Positions 20,191 to 31,241 of a stretch of 64,000 nucleotides of DNA are shown one piece after another. Made by a program: the position numbers and the translations under genes. Under the pieces are notes generated by a model. The model searched no databases, was not told the origin of the DNA, and worked only from the letters and a program-made list of their open reading frames with translations. The stretch is from the sequence record OM718002.1. The stretch is one strand, 5' to 3'. The first letter of the stretch is position 1, and every line of letters begins with the position of its first letter.

Positions 20191-20205
20191 TTATTGGAAT
20201 TTATT

Positions 20206-20568
20206 ATGGCGTTCACACTGTTAGCTAATCAGCCAGATTCAGGTGAATCTGTTTATTATGAACCAGGGTTCAGATTAATTATTGAGACTCATTTGAATAT
20301 CTTACGTAATGTCAGATCCACACGTATTCAGATTCCACCTGAACTGTATTACCAGTTCGAAGGAAACTTTTATGGATACATGGCAGAACGCCGTGTCAAT
20401 CCTGATATGTGGTGGATTCAAATGCGTGTTAATGGTTTAGTTAGCCCTTATGATTTTGGTAAAGTTCTAAGGGATCCTTCAGCTAATGATTACACCAGCT
20501 ATTTAATCATACCGAATAACGACATGATTCAACACCTCGTTAGCTTATATCAAACTAAAAAGTTTTAA
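20206..20568 (+). CDS. Putative baseplate wedge / LysM-like protein (T4 gp53-like)
   Basis: YQFEGNFYGYMAERRVNPDMWWIQMRVNGLVSPYDF resembles the gp53 (Y-G-x-P-D-x-W-W-I...N) motif. Confidence 0.55.
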   Translation: MAFTLLANQPDSGESVYYEPGFRLIIETHLNILRNVRSTRIQIPPELYYQFEGNFYGYMAERRVNPDMWWIQMRVNGLVSPYDFGKVLRDPSANDYTSYLIIPNNDMIQHLVSLYQTKKF

Positions 20569-20609
20569 AGCAAGCCAGGGGACCCTTAGGCCCCCTGGTT
20601 TATGCCGTG

Positions 20610-22001
20610 TTACAGTAGACGACCCATCATTTGGTTTCCACCTAGATTCATCATCGCGGTGTTACCATTACCAGCTAGAGCGGGGTTTAGTGCTTGTGCA
20701 AATCCACCACCCATCGGCATTTGATTGCCCATGAGTTGCATCATTTGCGGATGCATATTAGCCATCATTGGTTGCTGTGGCTGCATCATCCCAGGCATTG
20801 CAAAGTTATTGTTCATCATAACAGGTTGTTGCATCATTCCGGGTTGAGCAAATTGGTTTTTCTGCCCAGCGTTTAGAAGATCTTGGATAGATGCTTTATT
20901 GCTAGTTTGAACTTGTTGTGCGGGACGTTGAGGTGCCTGAGTCATTGCTACAGCTTGACTCATAGATGGATTAACATTCACAGTTGTGCCTACTGGTACA
21001 CGTGTAGAAGTAGTTTGTTCTTTAGCAGTATTACCCACTTTAACTACACTATCCTTTTTCTGGACAGGAATTTGGGCAACTGGGTTTACAGTTTCAGAAG
21101 CTTCTTCTTCTACTTCATTGCTGACTCCTTCATTACCATCAAGAGAGGGGATCTCACGTTGCATCTTTGCAAAATCAGCAATCACCTTCTCATCAACTTT
21201 TGAATAAGGTTGAATAGCATCATCGAAGATCAGGCGATACTTATCAATAACACTATTTAGTTGAGTAGTGATTTTGTTAAATGCCTGGATAAGACATACA
21301 AAATAAGGTGCTACCCGCTCAACTGTTCCTGCTGAATATTCAGTTGGTGAATCACCAAATGGTACAACTAGTTTAAATAGTTCGATTAGAACTGGCCGCT
21401 GTTTCTTAGGTACATTTACTCCAAGGATATCATCTTTAGAATAAAGATCCTCTACGATAGGGAACCGAATAACGCAGATACGGTTAACTGTCTTCCCATC
21501 AAATTTACCATTTGCTTTTAGATACACGCTTACAAAACGTGAACGTTTTTCAGCAGCTTTGACAACCTTATTAAACCACTCAATGGTATCTGGCTTAGCA
21601 CCGGATAGTTTCTTTAGGAAGTCTGAACATTCTGGTGGAATGTCTTTATGCAGAGTGGAGTCGGCAGCTACTTCTAAAATACGTGAAGTAAGATACTTCA
21701 CAGTAAACATTAGATTAGCCTTAACTTGACGCTGCATATGCTGTAGTACTTGAGAAGTACCTAGCCGAGAGATCTTTTCAGATAGCGGGTGGAAGGCGAT
21801 GTAATCATCGCCTAGCCCTTTACGAAGCCAATCTTTAGTAGGTACCACTAGTCGCTTACCATCTACCTTTGCAGGTGCAGGTCGACCAAGTGGATCGAGA
21901 ATACTGATCATATCCTCTTCACCTACTTTGTATCGGAAAGCAGGTAATACTTGATCACTATAGAACTTGGAAAGAGAAATCGTAGGCATTGTTATCACCA
22001 A
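20610..22001 (-). CDS. Core nucleus-block protein (gp70-like) with M/Q/N/G-rich C-terminal tail
   Basis: 463 aa located between picA and the nvRNAP beta gene; low-complexity tail. Confidence 0.7.
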   Translation of the reverse strand: MVITMPTISLSKFYSDQVLPAFRYKVGEEDMISILDPLGRPAPAKVDGKRLVVPTKDWLRKGLGDDYIAFHPLSEKISRLGTSQVLQHMQRQVKANLMFTVKYLTSRILEVAADSTLHKDIPPECSDFLKKLSGAKPDTIEWFNKVVKAAEKRSRFVSVYLKANGKFDGKTVNRICVIRFPIVEDLYSKDDILGVNVPKKQRPVLIELFKLVVPFGDSPTEYSAGTVERVAPYFVCLIQAFNKITTQLNSVIDKYRLIFDDAIQPYSKVDEKVIADFAKMQREIPSLDGNEGVSNEVEEEASETVNPVAQIPVQKKDSVVKVGNTAKEQTTSTRVPVGTTVNVNPSMSQAVAMTQAPQRPAQQVQTSNKASIQDLLNAGQKNQFAQPGMMQQPVMMNNNFAMPGMMQPQQPMMANMHPQMMQLMGNQMPMGGGFAQALNPALAGNGNTAMMNLGGNQMMGRLL

Positions 22002-23631
22002 ATTTAGGATTGATTTGAGCAGGTTGAGCTACAGGATGTTGATACGGTTGCATGTTAACCGGCTGACCACTACTGTTTAGAATGTTTTGTTGAGTCTTAG
22101 TTGGGATAACATTCTTAACAAGATAGGTAAGGTCATTAGAGATCATAGCCGGTGCAGATGCATCCCGAGTAATGACTGGACTAAACAGACTATCAATGAA
22201 GGTCGGTGCGATGAATCGTTCTACCGATTCATGATTTAGACTGATATCAATAACAGTATCACCAGCTAAGTCAGAGTGCATGGAAATTTTAAACGGAATC
22301 TGGTTACCATAAGAGATACTGTTAATCGCATCGGTAATAAGACGACGTTCAAAGTCATTAATCTGTGGAGTCATATCAATTCCATCCATGATACTCCTGG
22401 TACCATTTGGATGCATTTCGAATAGATAGTTATTCGCTCCATGTCCATTTGTAATTGCAAAGGAGGTTACCCGGAAATAGTTATCCATCATGATTGCTGG
22501 AACTACTTGTGCAAGTAGAGATGCTGCAACAGTGTGATGATCTGCACCACCCCAATGCATGGAATGCTCTGCTCGGTTAACGAAGCGTTGAGAATTACCA
22601 TTATCCATACCAGCTTTAACTACACCATCAACCAGTAGTTCAGGGAATACTCGTTGTAGGTCAGCCAGTGTAACAAAGCCACGTTCCATGTAATTGCAGC
22701 GTTCTTTTAGAATGCGCATGAACATATTGGAATGGATATCTTGATTTCGAAGTACAGCAGATGCATCGCCTAGCATCACTTCATCAGAGACACCTCCAAA
22801 GATATTATCGTTATCATTATTAGCCATCTCAGCTTCTTTAACAGAATGCTGCCATGCATTAAGAGTACTAGATAGATAACGAGTAGGAGAAGTATCACGG
22901 CGATTTGAATATTGGAAAGTGCCTGCTTCACCAACACTGGAGCGTTGGTCAATGATCCGGTCAAATACGCCTTGATGTAGTCCAGTTGATTCAATGCGTT
23001 TAGCTACTTGCATCGTTTGCTGAATTTGGAAAACATCTTCTGGTCGTTGGAGATATGATGAAGTTCCAGTATACATGCTAAACCCGTTCTGAGGGATAGT
23101 AATATCACTCATGATATCGACGGGTGCAAGGATCTGGTTAGAACCTAGGATATGTGCTTGTTTGACTACACCGAACTCAGTTGGTCGTTGGCGCTCTACA
23201 ATAACAGTTTCACTATTAAAATAGATACGCATGTTAGGATCTAGACTATTGCTAAGCGGACTAATAGAGCAATGGTCAGAGCAACCAAATAGAATCCGGC
23301 AAGTACGGGTATTACCAAAGAAACGGTTATTCTCCCATACTTTCATCATGAACCTAAACCGGCGCTCACCCCAACCATTGACGATAGGGACTTCACCTTG
23401 AGTTTGAGCACGTGGTGCAATCACATCAGCTGCAATTTGCTGCACAGCTGCAACACCTAGATTACGACCATCATTAGTTGCTTCTTTTAAACGTTCAATA
23501 GAGTTCTCAGTGACCTCTACCGTAAATGGTCGAACATGCTCAGGTTGATAAGTACCAGTCTGTACTAGAATGAATGATTCAATCTGTACTTCAGTATTAC
23601 CACCCATTGCTGAATTATTAAAACCTAACAT
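21958..23631 (-). CDS. picA: Phage-nucleus protein import factor PicA/Imp1 (gp69)
   Basis: 557 aa with N-terminal ILVQTGTYQ...RPF; position directly downstream of gp68. Confidence 0.8.
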   Translation of the reverse strand: MLGFNNSAMGGNTEVQIESFILVQTGTYQPEHVRPFTVEVTENSIERLKEATNDGRNLGVAAVQQIAADVIAPRAQTQGEVPIVNGWGERRFRFMMKVWENNRFFGNTRTCRILFGCSDHCSISPLSNSLDPNMRIYFNSETVIVERQRPTEFGVVKQAHILGSNQILAPVDIMSDITIPQNGFSMYTGTSSYLQRPEDVFQIQQTMQVAKRIESTGLHQGVFDRIIDQRSSVGEAGTFQYSNRRDTSPTRYLSSTLNAWQHSVKEAEMANNDNDNIFGGVSDEVMLGDASAVLRNQDIHSNMFMRILKERCNYMERGFVTLADLQRVFPELLVDGVVKAGMDNGNSQRFVNRAEHSMHWGGADHHTVAASLLAQVVPAIMMDNYFRVTSFAITNGHGANNYLFEMHPNGTRSIMDGIDMTPQINDFERRLITDAINSISYGNQIPFKISMHSDLAGDTVIDISLNHESVERFIAPTFIDSLFSPVITRDASAPAMISNDLTYLVKNVIPTKTQQNILNSSGQPVNMQPYQHPVAQPAQINPKFGDNNAYDFSFQVL

Positions 23632-23647
23632 AGAACTACCTCAATTA

Positions 23648-25213
23648 TTACTGATTAAGTTTACCCAGATGAATTACCAGTTCGGTGATCACCGACTTAA
23701 TTGTGGCCGGTACAACAAGGACTTTATTCTGAGTTACCTGTTCTGCTTCTTTGAATAAACGATCGGGTCCATGATAGATCCAGTTACTAGATCTAATGGA
23801 TGCATGTGCAGATTGCACAGCAATGCCCGCAATATTTACAGGTGCTACTGGAACACCATTAATAGCTCGCTGTTGTCGTTGATGTGGATAAAGCTCATCC
23901 ATTACGTCCTTATATTTAATTTGAATACGTGTACTATTACGTGGTTGAATGGACATTGCATGTTCACCACTATAATACAACTCTACTTGCATAAATACAG
24001 CAACTTGTTGGAAACCCCAATGCCACATTAGTGACTGAGCTGCTGCCAACAAATGGTTAACTGCATTTTTATTAATGTGGCTGAATGCTCTTGCAGGGAA
24101 AGCTTTGTGCATCACCCATTGTGCAAGTAATATCTGGTGTGGATAGATATCTTTAGTAGCTGTAACTGCAACGCAATCTAGACATTCCTGAATTAACTCT
24201 ACTGGGACAGTGTCATCGATTTTGTGAACCAGTTTAACTACATCAAGAGCATCTAAGTTATAAGCTACGATATCACCAGGAGTAACTCGCTGTTTAGTTT
24301 TATGCGATTCGATAAATGATGTTTTATCATCATCATCAATACCACCTTTATCTGGCCGTTTATCATTAACCCGGTCAGCAGTTGATCGCTCCGCAGGGTT
24401 TAGATTTGACTTAACATATCTAAACATATTTGAAACGATGGAATGTGAGGTGACATCGTTTAATGGTAGGATGGTTAATCGCCTAACCATAACTTTAGCC
24501 TGTAAGATATCCGGCACTTCAGCTGAACTCATACCCCTATAAAGGTTGGCTAAGGTGGGTGCTTCATCTTCTACACAAAACTTAACATATGCACTTAGCT
24601 TATCATAAGCTGTTTCTACTGGAGTTCCATCGATTGATATTTCATCAACAGGCCAATGGTTAACCTCACAATCCGAGATGAGACTAATTACTTCACACTC
24701 TTTATGCATTTCCTGAGAAGTGCCCTGATCAATAAACTCGCCCCAAATAGGTACTAAAGGACGAAGAGCTAGTGATACAGATGCAAGGTTAATATAGTCA
24801 TGTTTCAGATATGTTTGATCTGGTCGATTATATCGTGAATCATCAGTGATAACTTCTTCAATATCTACTGGAATATAAAGTTTACCAATAGTTAGTAGCC
24901 ATCGCCGAAAACTATTCATCGGCATGGCTTTATACATCTCTTTGATGTAATAGGATAGACTCATTGCAATCCTCATCGGATCCATAGCCATATCCATGAT
25001 CTTACGAATTTCTACATAACAATTCCAGATATGTTGTTGTGTCTCAGCACTTAGGCCACTCCAATAATCATTGATTTCTTGGAATACTCGTTGTTGATCT
25101 TGTACACGGATTTTACTATAAGCCGTAGTTGTCCAAGTTAAACGTTTACCATTGTGCTCTGTAGCCACTTCAGTAAAACCAGTACCTTGAACTCCTGTAA
25201 CGATGATTTGCAT
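23648..25213 (-). CDS. Non-virion RNAP promoter-specificity subunit (gp68)
   Basis: MQIIVTGVQGTGFTEVATEHNGKRLTW start, GAGG RBS, size (521 aa from 25213) and gene order. Confidence 0.85.
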   Translation of the reverse strand: MQIIVTGVQGTGFTEVATEHNGKRLTWTTTAYSKIRVQDQQRVFQEINDYWSGLSAETQQHIWNCYVEIRKIMDMAMDPMRIAMSLSYYIKEMYKAMPMNSFRRWLLTIGKLYIPVDIEEVITDDSRYNRPDQTYLKHDYINLASVSLALRPLVPIWGEFIDQGTSQEMHKECEVISLISDCEVNHWPVDEISIDGTPVETAYDKLSAYVKFCVEDEAPTLANLYRGMSSAEVPDILQAKVMVRRLTILPLNDVTSHSIVSNMFRYVKSNLNPAERSTADRVNDKRPDKGGIDDDDKTSFIESHKTKQRVTPGDIVAYNLDALDVVKLVHKIDDTVPVELIQECLDCVAVTATKDIYPHQILLAQWVMHKAFPARAFSHINKNAVNHLLAAAQSLMWHWGFQQVAVFMQVELYYSGEHAMSIQPRNSTRIQIKYKDVMDELYPHQRQQRAINGVPVAPVNIAGIAVQSAHASIRSSNWIYHGPDRLFKEAEQVTQNKVLVVPATIKSVITELVIHLGKLNQ

Positions 25214-25246
25214 TTTAACCTCTTTTACCAATGTAGATACATGTTA

Positions 25247-25270
25247 GTAATATAGATCTCAAATTTTTTT
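25247..25270 (-). promoter_or_regulatory. phiKZ early promoter
   Basis: AAAAAAATTTGAGATCTATATTAC containing the TATATTAC core, upstream of gp68. Confidence 0.85.
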
Positions 25271-25338
25271 TAGTATAACGGCATTTAGTACTGAGGGCAT
25301 ATCGGTGCCTACTTCGAGAGTAAGCACCGAAATATGTT

Positions 25339-26079
25339 TTAGAAGGAAGGCATATCCTCATCAAAAGCTGAGTCATTATAACTATTATTAGCCGGCTTAG
25401 CATAACTATTATTGCCGCCGTTGTTATAGTTATTGCGCTGACCACCGTTATTGTAACCGCCGCTATTACCATTACCCTGATTGAAATTAGCAGGGTTAGA
25501 TACACCTTTAGCATCTGGATCGAATTCAGTTACTAGAAGATGCATTACTAGTTTATATGCGGGGTCTAGGAAACCGTATGCATAAGCATCGGACATTTCC
25601 TTAGGTGATAGTTGACTACCATCTGCTTTGCGGATATCATGGAATTGGGATGGGCCAAAGAAGAATTTGATCTTTGGACGATCAGGTTGAGTGCTTAGCA
25701 CTGCGATGTAAATTCGACCATCTTGTGCACGGCCAACATGTAGCTTAGAAAGCTCAATAAAATTATCACGCTTCTTACCAGCTACGAAGTTATTGCGGTA
25801 AACAAAGACACGTTCAGTATCTTCAGTTTTACCTTCAATTAAGTCCATTGCAAACTTAATGAAACATGCAAAGGTTGCTAGGTCAGTATTGAACTCAATT
25901 TTACCATGGTCTTTATCACCAGGTACATTAGTACGAACAGTAACCCGTGGTTGGTTTTTAAACAGACCAAAACGCAGCGTCGGTCGTTTTTGAGAACCCT
26001 CACATGGTTTGGCATGTAGCCAAGTATTCATTACATTAAAAGGGTTAACTACGGGTGCATTAGACTGCTGTTGTGACAT
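25339..26079 (-). CDS. chmC: Nucleus-associated RNA-binding protein ChmC/Imp6 (gp67-like)
   Basis: 246 aa, beta-rich core plus N/G/Y-rich disordered tail with an acidic tip; immediately upstream of gp68. Confidence 0.7.
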   Translation of the reverse strand: MSQQQSNAPVVNPFNVMNTWLHAKPCEGSQKRPTLRFGLFKNQPRVTVRTNVPGDKDHGKIEFNTDLATFACFIKFAMDLIEGKTEDTERVFVYRNNFVAGKKRDNFIELSKLHVGRAQDGRIYIAVLSTQPDRPKIKFFFGPSQFHDIRKADGSQLSPKEMSDAYAYGFLDPAYKLVMHLLVTEFDPDAKGVSNPANFNQGNGNSGGYNNGGQRNNYNNGGNNSYAKPANNSYNDSAFDEDMPSF

Positions 26080-26166
26080 GATGTGATAACTCCAAATTAA
26101 AACTAGATTCTTTTTAACTAGATGGGAAATGATTTCTACGTAATATTATCGCAACAAGTATTTCTT

Positions 26167-26997
26167 CTATTTGAATTTCTTGTATGCTTCTTTTAACTCT
26201 TTAGAACCATAAGCAGTAATGTCATGATGAACTTTATCTGGTGTTGTTAATCCTGTCCATTTTCTAGATTGTGCCAATTGTTTTAACTGTGCACGAATAG
26301 CTTTGTCTTGTGGTTCAAGTAATTGTTTATCGCCAAATATCTGTATAGCAAATGATGTAAAAGGAAATGGAGTATCTTCTTTTAAACCATTTAGTTTAGT
26401 ATACCACATGTTGTATGTCTTTATTTTGCCCGTATGGGATTCCAATAAAAGAAGTCTATTAAAATGGGGTTTCCATAATAATTCATGTGGGAAATGGGTT
26501 AATAGTAAAACAGTACCTTCAACCTTTGGAGGTTTATTAGATATTTCCATTGTAATTAAATCTGTATCTTTTAACTTCTGATATAGTTCAATTGATACAA
26601 ATCGTTCATAAACATCATAAGCTAATTGTTGCGGTGTTCGTGATACTTTAAATGTAGCTTTAGGGAATAACCACTTCACTGCATCTCGACCAGTAATGTA
26701 ATATTTTACAGTTGCTTTTATCCCCGATTGCCGTAAAGCAACCGGGATTGTTTGTGCTTCTTGAAATAAAACATCGACTGCTGCAACCAAGTTAATATTA
26801 GTTTGTTGTTCAGACTTCATAGCCTGCCACATATTTCTTGCAAGAGTACGGACATTAATCCATATTTCTTTAATAGACTTAACATCAGTTGGTTGTCTAG
26901 GCTTTTGTGGATGTGTTCCTATAAGCCCTTCGAGAGCAAAAGAAGTTCCAATGCTAATCGGAATATTAGCACCTACATCTCTCTCGATAATATCCAT
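26167..26997 (-). CDS. Conserved core hypothetical protein (gp66-like), possibly nuclease-like
   Basis: 276 aa between sbcD and chmC. Confidence 0.6.
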   Translation of the reverse strand: MDIIERDVGANIPISIGTSFALEGLIGTHPQKPRQPTDVKSIKEIWINVRTLARNMWQAMKSEQQTNINLVAAVDVLFQEAQTIPVALRQSGIKATVKYYITGRDAVKWLFPKATFKVSRTPQQLAYDVYERFVSIELYQKLKDTDLITMEISNKPPKVEGTVLLLTHFPHELLWKPHFNRLLLLESHTGKIKTYNMWYTKLNGLKEDTPFPFTSFAIQIFGDKQLLEPQDKAIRAQLKQLAQSRKWTGLTTPDKVHHDITAYGSKELKEAYKKFK

Positions 26998-27009
26998 TAT
27001 TATTGCCTT

Positions 27010-28176
27010 TTATTTGAACTCTGTCAATAATCCCAATACCCGCTGGATCTGAGCAGCGTCCGCTGTAAATTTTTCAATATCTGGAATAATTAAATCAGAA
27101 ATACTTTCTGGAGTTATATCCAAAAATTCTGATAAATCAAAATTCTTTAGGCTATCTGACACAGTATTTTTCTTTGTAGTAACTTTTTCAATTAAGATAC
27201 TCCATGAAAAATTAGGATATTCATTTTGAAATGTATCGAGATCACCAGTAGCTACATCACCTGGATTACATCTTAACCTAATTGCAGAGTTAGTTGGTAG
27301 TGTCTTGATATGTTCTTTAACAGTGTAATTAAGTTGCTTAGTATCCATTCCATGGACATTCAAAGTATCGTATCTACGCGCACCCTTATTCTCAAGGAAT
27401 GTAGCAGTCCATTCGCCATTTTCTTTCACCACAACATCAAATAATCCTTTTGGAATTTCATCGTTGTGACTTAATCGGTCAAATCCACCGGCAGCTAAAA
27501 TGCGTTCATAGATAGACATCTCATGAACATGTCCACCATTGATCATATATTTAGTTAATGCTAAATATTCATCTGGATCATGTGTTGGCTCTTCAACAAT
27601 GCTAGGTAGCTGGTGTTTAAATGCACCATGTAAAATAGTAAAGTCAACTTGAGATATACCTTTCTTATGCATTAAATCTTTTACTTGATTTAAAGTCTCT
27701 GATGTGGATGGATTCCATTTATCAGGGACATAAAGGAAATATGCATCTAGTTTCTCAATATACTCGATATCGAGAATCTTTGAATAATGCAAATCAACTT
27801 TAATATTAGCATTATTCTTTTGTTCTACGAAAAACTGCATTTGCCCACGATCGTGTGATGGAGTCCCTTCAACAATACGGATCATTACATTATACATTTC
27901 ACATTTGTAGAGAAGTATTGTAATAAATCTATCAATTGCGTATGCAGCTGGATCACCATTGTTTAATTGGCGATCAAATAAATCCCCTGTAATAATCAAC
28001 ATATCAATATCTTTTAAAATTGTATCAGGGACAGTTTTCCAAAAGTTATTGATGATTAATTCAGTAGGGGTTTGGCGATGCCCCATATGGACATCGCCTA
28101 CTGTTAAATATCGAAATATGCCAGGTTTCTTTGTTTTATCAGTCTTCATATTCGTCACCGTAAACACATTCATCAT
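27010..28176 (-). CDS. sbcD: SbcD/Mre11-like metallophosphoesterase nuclease (gp65-like)
   Basis: GDVHMGH, TGDLFD, GTPSHD, HG and GHVH motifs. Confidence 0.85.
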   Translation of the reverse strand: MMNVFTVTNMKTDKTKKPGIFRYLTVGDVHMGHRQTPTELIINNFWKTVPDTILKDIDMLIITGDLFDRQLNNGDPAAYAIDRFITILLYKCEMYNVMIRIVEGTPSHDRGQMQFFVEQKNNANIKVDLHYSKILDIEYIEKLDAYFLYVPDKWNPSTSETLNQVKDLMHKKGISQVDFTILHGAFKHQLPSIVEEPTHDPDEYLALTKYMINGGHVHEMSIYERILAAGGFDRLSHNDEIPKGLFDVVVKENGEWTATFLENKGARRYDTLNVHGMDTKQLNYTVKEHIKTLPTNSAIRLRCNPGDVATGDLDTFQNEYPNFSWSILIEKVTTKKNTVSDSLKNFDLSEFLDITPESISDLIIPDIEKFTADAAQIQRVLGLLTEFK

Positions 28177-28771
28177 TCTCAGGTGTATCTACTTGCACAC
28201 CTCCAGATTTAGATGAAGATGCATTCGGTAACTCATATAACGGAGTACCATCAGTATTTTTTAATACCCGACCATATGCTGCTAAGATTTGGATTAACAC
28301 TTGTAGAAGTTGTTTTTCTAATGGTTCATTATAAATACACCGCTCTAGGAATTGAGCCGCTTCTTTAGCAAACCCACCACGTGGATTGCGATTATGTTCT
28401 TTATTATAATAATCCATTACGTTAGAAATGCTAGCAACATTCTCACCAGATGAGATTGCAACACTTGGACGAGGATAGAGTGCTGGAACTGTAAAAAGCA
28501 CAACTGCTTCTTTGGTATTTACACTTGCTACGCGTAACGGATTTGATAGCTCACGAACATATTTACGATATTCATCTAATGCACCAGGTGCCCATGGACA
28601 TTCAAGTAACGGTAATATATTCTTTACAAAAACGTCCTCATGAACAATAGGTGTCTCTTTCTGATGAATGTTAACCATGGCTTGCATTGCATCCATGATC
28701 ATGTTATCGCTATCTGTAACTCTAGTGTTCGGTTCCGGAGTTGCCATCTTCTTTACCCATAACTTGTTCAA
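28139..28771 (-). CDS. Conserved hypothetical protein
   Basis: 210-aa ORF in a continuous operon. Confidence 0.65.
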   Translation of the reverse strand: MNKLWVKKMATPEPNTRVTDSDNMIMDAMQAMVNIHQKETPIVHEDVFVKNILPLLECPWAPGALDEYRKYVRELSNPLRVASVNTKEAVVLFTVPALYPRPSVAISSGENVASISNVMDYYNKEHNRNPRGGFAKEAAQFLERCIYNEPLEKQLLQVLIQILAAYGRVLKNTDGTPLYELPNASSSKSGGVQVDTPENDECVYGDEYED

Positions 28772-29279
28772 TCTGTTGTTTAGTCAGAGTAGTGATGATA
28801 TTAAAACGAGCTTCTTCTTTATTTTCCATTAGTTGAGGATTACTATTTAGGTAATCAATCAACGCATCGCAGTTTTCAGTAGTGAACTTATTAGGTGTTC
28901 CAACAGTAGCAAACATATAACCTTTATCACCGCCTTTACGAACAATGACTGATTCCATATGTTCTTTCTGATTAACCCCATCTACTTCAACTAGTGAGAA
29001 TACTGGTTCAGTATCACCACTGATAGCTCGCATTGCGTCATCAACTTCATGCCGAATACTTTCACCCATATTGCAAAGAATATCTGCAAGAACTCGACTA
29101 ACGCGAATATTAAATGTTGCAGTTTCTTCAGCTTTAGCTTTTACCAATTGTTGGAAAGCCTCATCTACAACATTAGCATGTTTTGTTAGATTCCTAACTG
29201 TTACTTCTAGCATATGAATTCGTTTTAATAGCATGGAGTTCATAGCTTCGCTTTCATTTTTCTCAACTTCACTAGTCAT
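28722..29279 (-). CDS. Hypothetical protein
   Basis: 185-aa ORF in a continuous operon. Confidence 0.65.
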   Translation of the reverse strand: MTSEVEKNESEAMNSMLLKRIHMLEVTVRNLTKHANVVDEAFQQLVKAKAEETATFNIRVSRVLADILCNMGESIRHEVDDAMRAISGDTEPVFSLVEVDGVNQKEHMESVIVRKGGDKGYMFATVGTPNKFTTENCDALIDYLNSNPQLMENKEEARFNIITTLTKQQIEQVMGKEDGNSGTEH

Positions 29280-29717
<438 letters not shown>

Positions 29718-29783
29718 TTAAGTTAAGATGGGAGCCAAATGGCTCCCTTTATATTGCTTGATACATACAGTTAAATACTTACA

Positions 29784-30308
29784 TTAACTAGCATATAAAT
29801 ATTTACTTGCAATTAATTCAATGTGATATACGATAACAGCACCTTCTTTTTTCTTGAGTGTGCTTGTTAAAACGATATCGTGTTCAGTAACACATGCATG
29901 TACACTAATGGGTTTGGTAGTAATTTCACTACTTGTCCCTGAAAAATGAGTTGTAGCTACATATAACTGGGTATCATCAACTAACCCATTTGGATCCCTA
30001 CCAACATGTACAAATGGTGGCCTGCTAGAAACATTAGGATGGTCGTCTTTAATAACAAGATGACCATCTTCAGATGGGTAAGCATAGTCATATCCAGTTA
30101 CATAGATACGTAGAGCGCCATTCTTAAATGCTTCTTTAAGATAAGAATATTCTTCAAAATTAAAACGAATTGAATCAACCACAGCAGTAGTTAATTTAAG
30201 AATAGGGTGTAGTTGCCTTGATGAGTTATTATTCTTAATTAATAGCATCGGTATTTTCCTTAACGTAAAAAGCAATATGTGGATGGTTCCACAATGGACT
30301 CTCATCAC
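29784..30308 (-). CDS. Hypothetical protein (true start probably near 30248)
   Basis: ORF followed by the hairpin terminator at 29730-29747. Confidence 0.55.
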   Translation of the reverse strand: MMRVHCGTIHILLFTLRKIPMLLIKNNNSSRQLHPILKLTTAVVDSIRFNFEEYSYLKEAFKNGALRIYVTGYDYAYPSEDGHLVIKDDHPNVSSRPPFVHVGRDPNGLVDDTQLYVATTHFSGTSSEITTKPISVHACVTEHDIVLTSTLKKKEGAVIVYHIELIASKYLYAS

Positions 30309-30570
30309 AAAAACTATAACTATGTATTTCCTCGCCAGTATCTAATTTAATAGAGACCACTTCACCTTCAATGACTGTGAAAATAAATTTAGTATCAGGT
30401 GAAACATAATCACCAGTTACATAGTCATTATCGGGAAGATACAATAGTCGTGTTTGATTATCGTATTTAAGTTCTATTCCATCTGTACTATTAAAGTACA
30501 TATATCCCGTACCATCTGGACTTTTTTGAAACATCTTTAGTTTATTTGGTACGAGTAGATCAATTGACAT
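30235..30570 (-). CDS. Hypothetical protein
   Basis: 111 aa with GGAG RBS. Confidence 0.6.
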   Translation of the reverse strand: MSIDLLVPNKLKMFQKSPDGTGYMYFNSTDGIELKYDNQTRLLYLPDNDYVTGDYVSPDTKFIFTVIEGEVVSIKLDTGEEIHSYSFCDESPLWNHPHIAFYVKENTDAIN

Positions 30571-30621
30571 AGATCTCTCCTAAACGATAGAAGAGAGCCC
30601 CATGTAGGGACTCTCATTTAT

Positions 30622-31233
30622 TTAACCTAGAAGATTACCTACGACTGAAGTTGGATCTTCTTCACCTGCGTCCAGATGTTCATCAATAGCATTCCACATA
30701 CGGATGATGTCAACTTTCTCGTGCAGACTAAGTTTACGATCGCTCTTGATATCTTCGTGATAGTTTTTATAACCGAATTCTTTCTTATCGGTATACATAA
30801 CTCCATCCATCACGCGGCGATAATCAAACTGTCGTTCACCTACAGCATCACCTTGGATGTTATTATAAGAACCACCATATCCATCAACTTCATTATTAAG
30901 ATACATAGTTCTTAGACGCTCATGCGCCATAACCCAACGTTGCATAATTGGACCAGCTGTTTGTAGTTCAGCTAATGTCTCAAGATACACAATGTTGTTC
31001 GACTGCCATAAGTTATCTTTCTTTGTGGTCAGATTCCGCAGTGCTTGAACAGCAGCTGATTCACTAATCATACTGTACATATTTTGAGCAGTATTAAAAA
31101 AGCTAGCAGCAGCAGTTGACATAGTTGAACGAAGTGCCTGACTACGCTCACCCAACCATTGAGTTGTTTGCTGTGTAAGATGGCCACCTGCACAGATGTC
31201 CAAGAGGTCTACACCATGTGCATCTACAATCAT
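30622..31233 (-). CDS. Conserved nucleus-phage core protein, probable Imp3 (gp59-like)
   Basis: 203 aa, GAGG RBS, YL...DGYGGSY...DYRRVMDG...EDPTS motifs; assignment from memory and gene order. Confidence 0.55.
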   Translation of the reverse strand: MIVDAHGVDLLDICAGGHLTQQTTQWLGERSQALRSTMSTAAASFFNTAQNMYSMISESAAVQALRNLTTKKDNLWQSNNIVYLETLAELQTAGPIMQRWVMAHERLRTMYLNNEVDGYGGSYNNIQGDAVGERQFDYRRVMDGVMYTDKKEFGYKNYHEDIKSDRKLSLHEKVDIIRMWNAIDEHLDAGEEDPTSVVGNLLG

Positions 31234-31241
31234 TATACACC

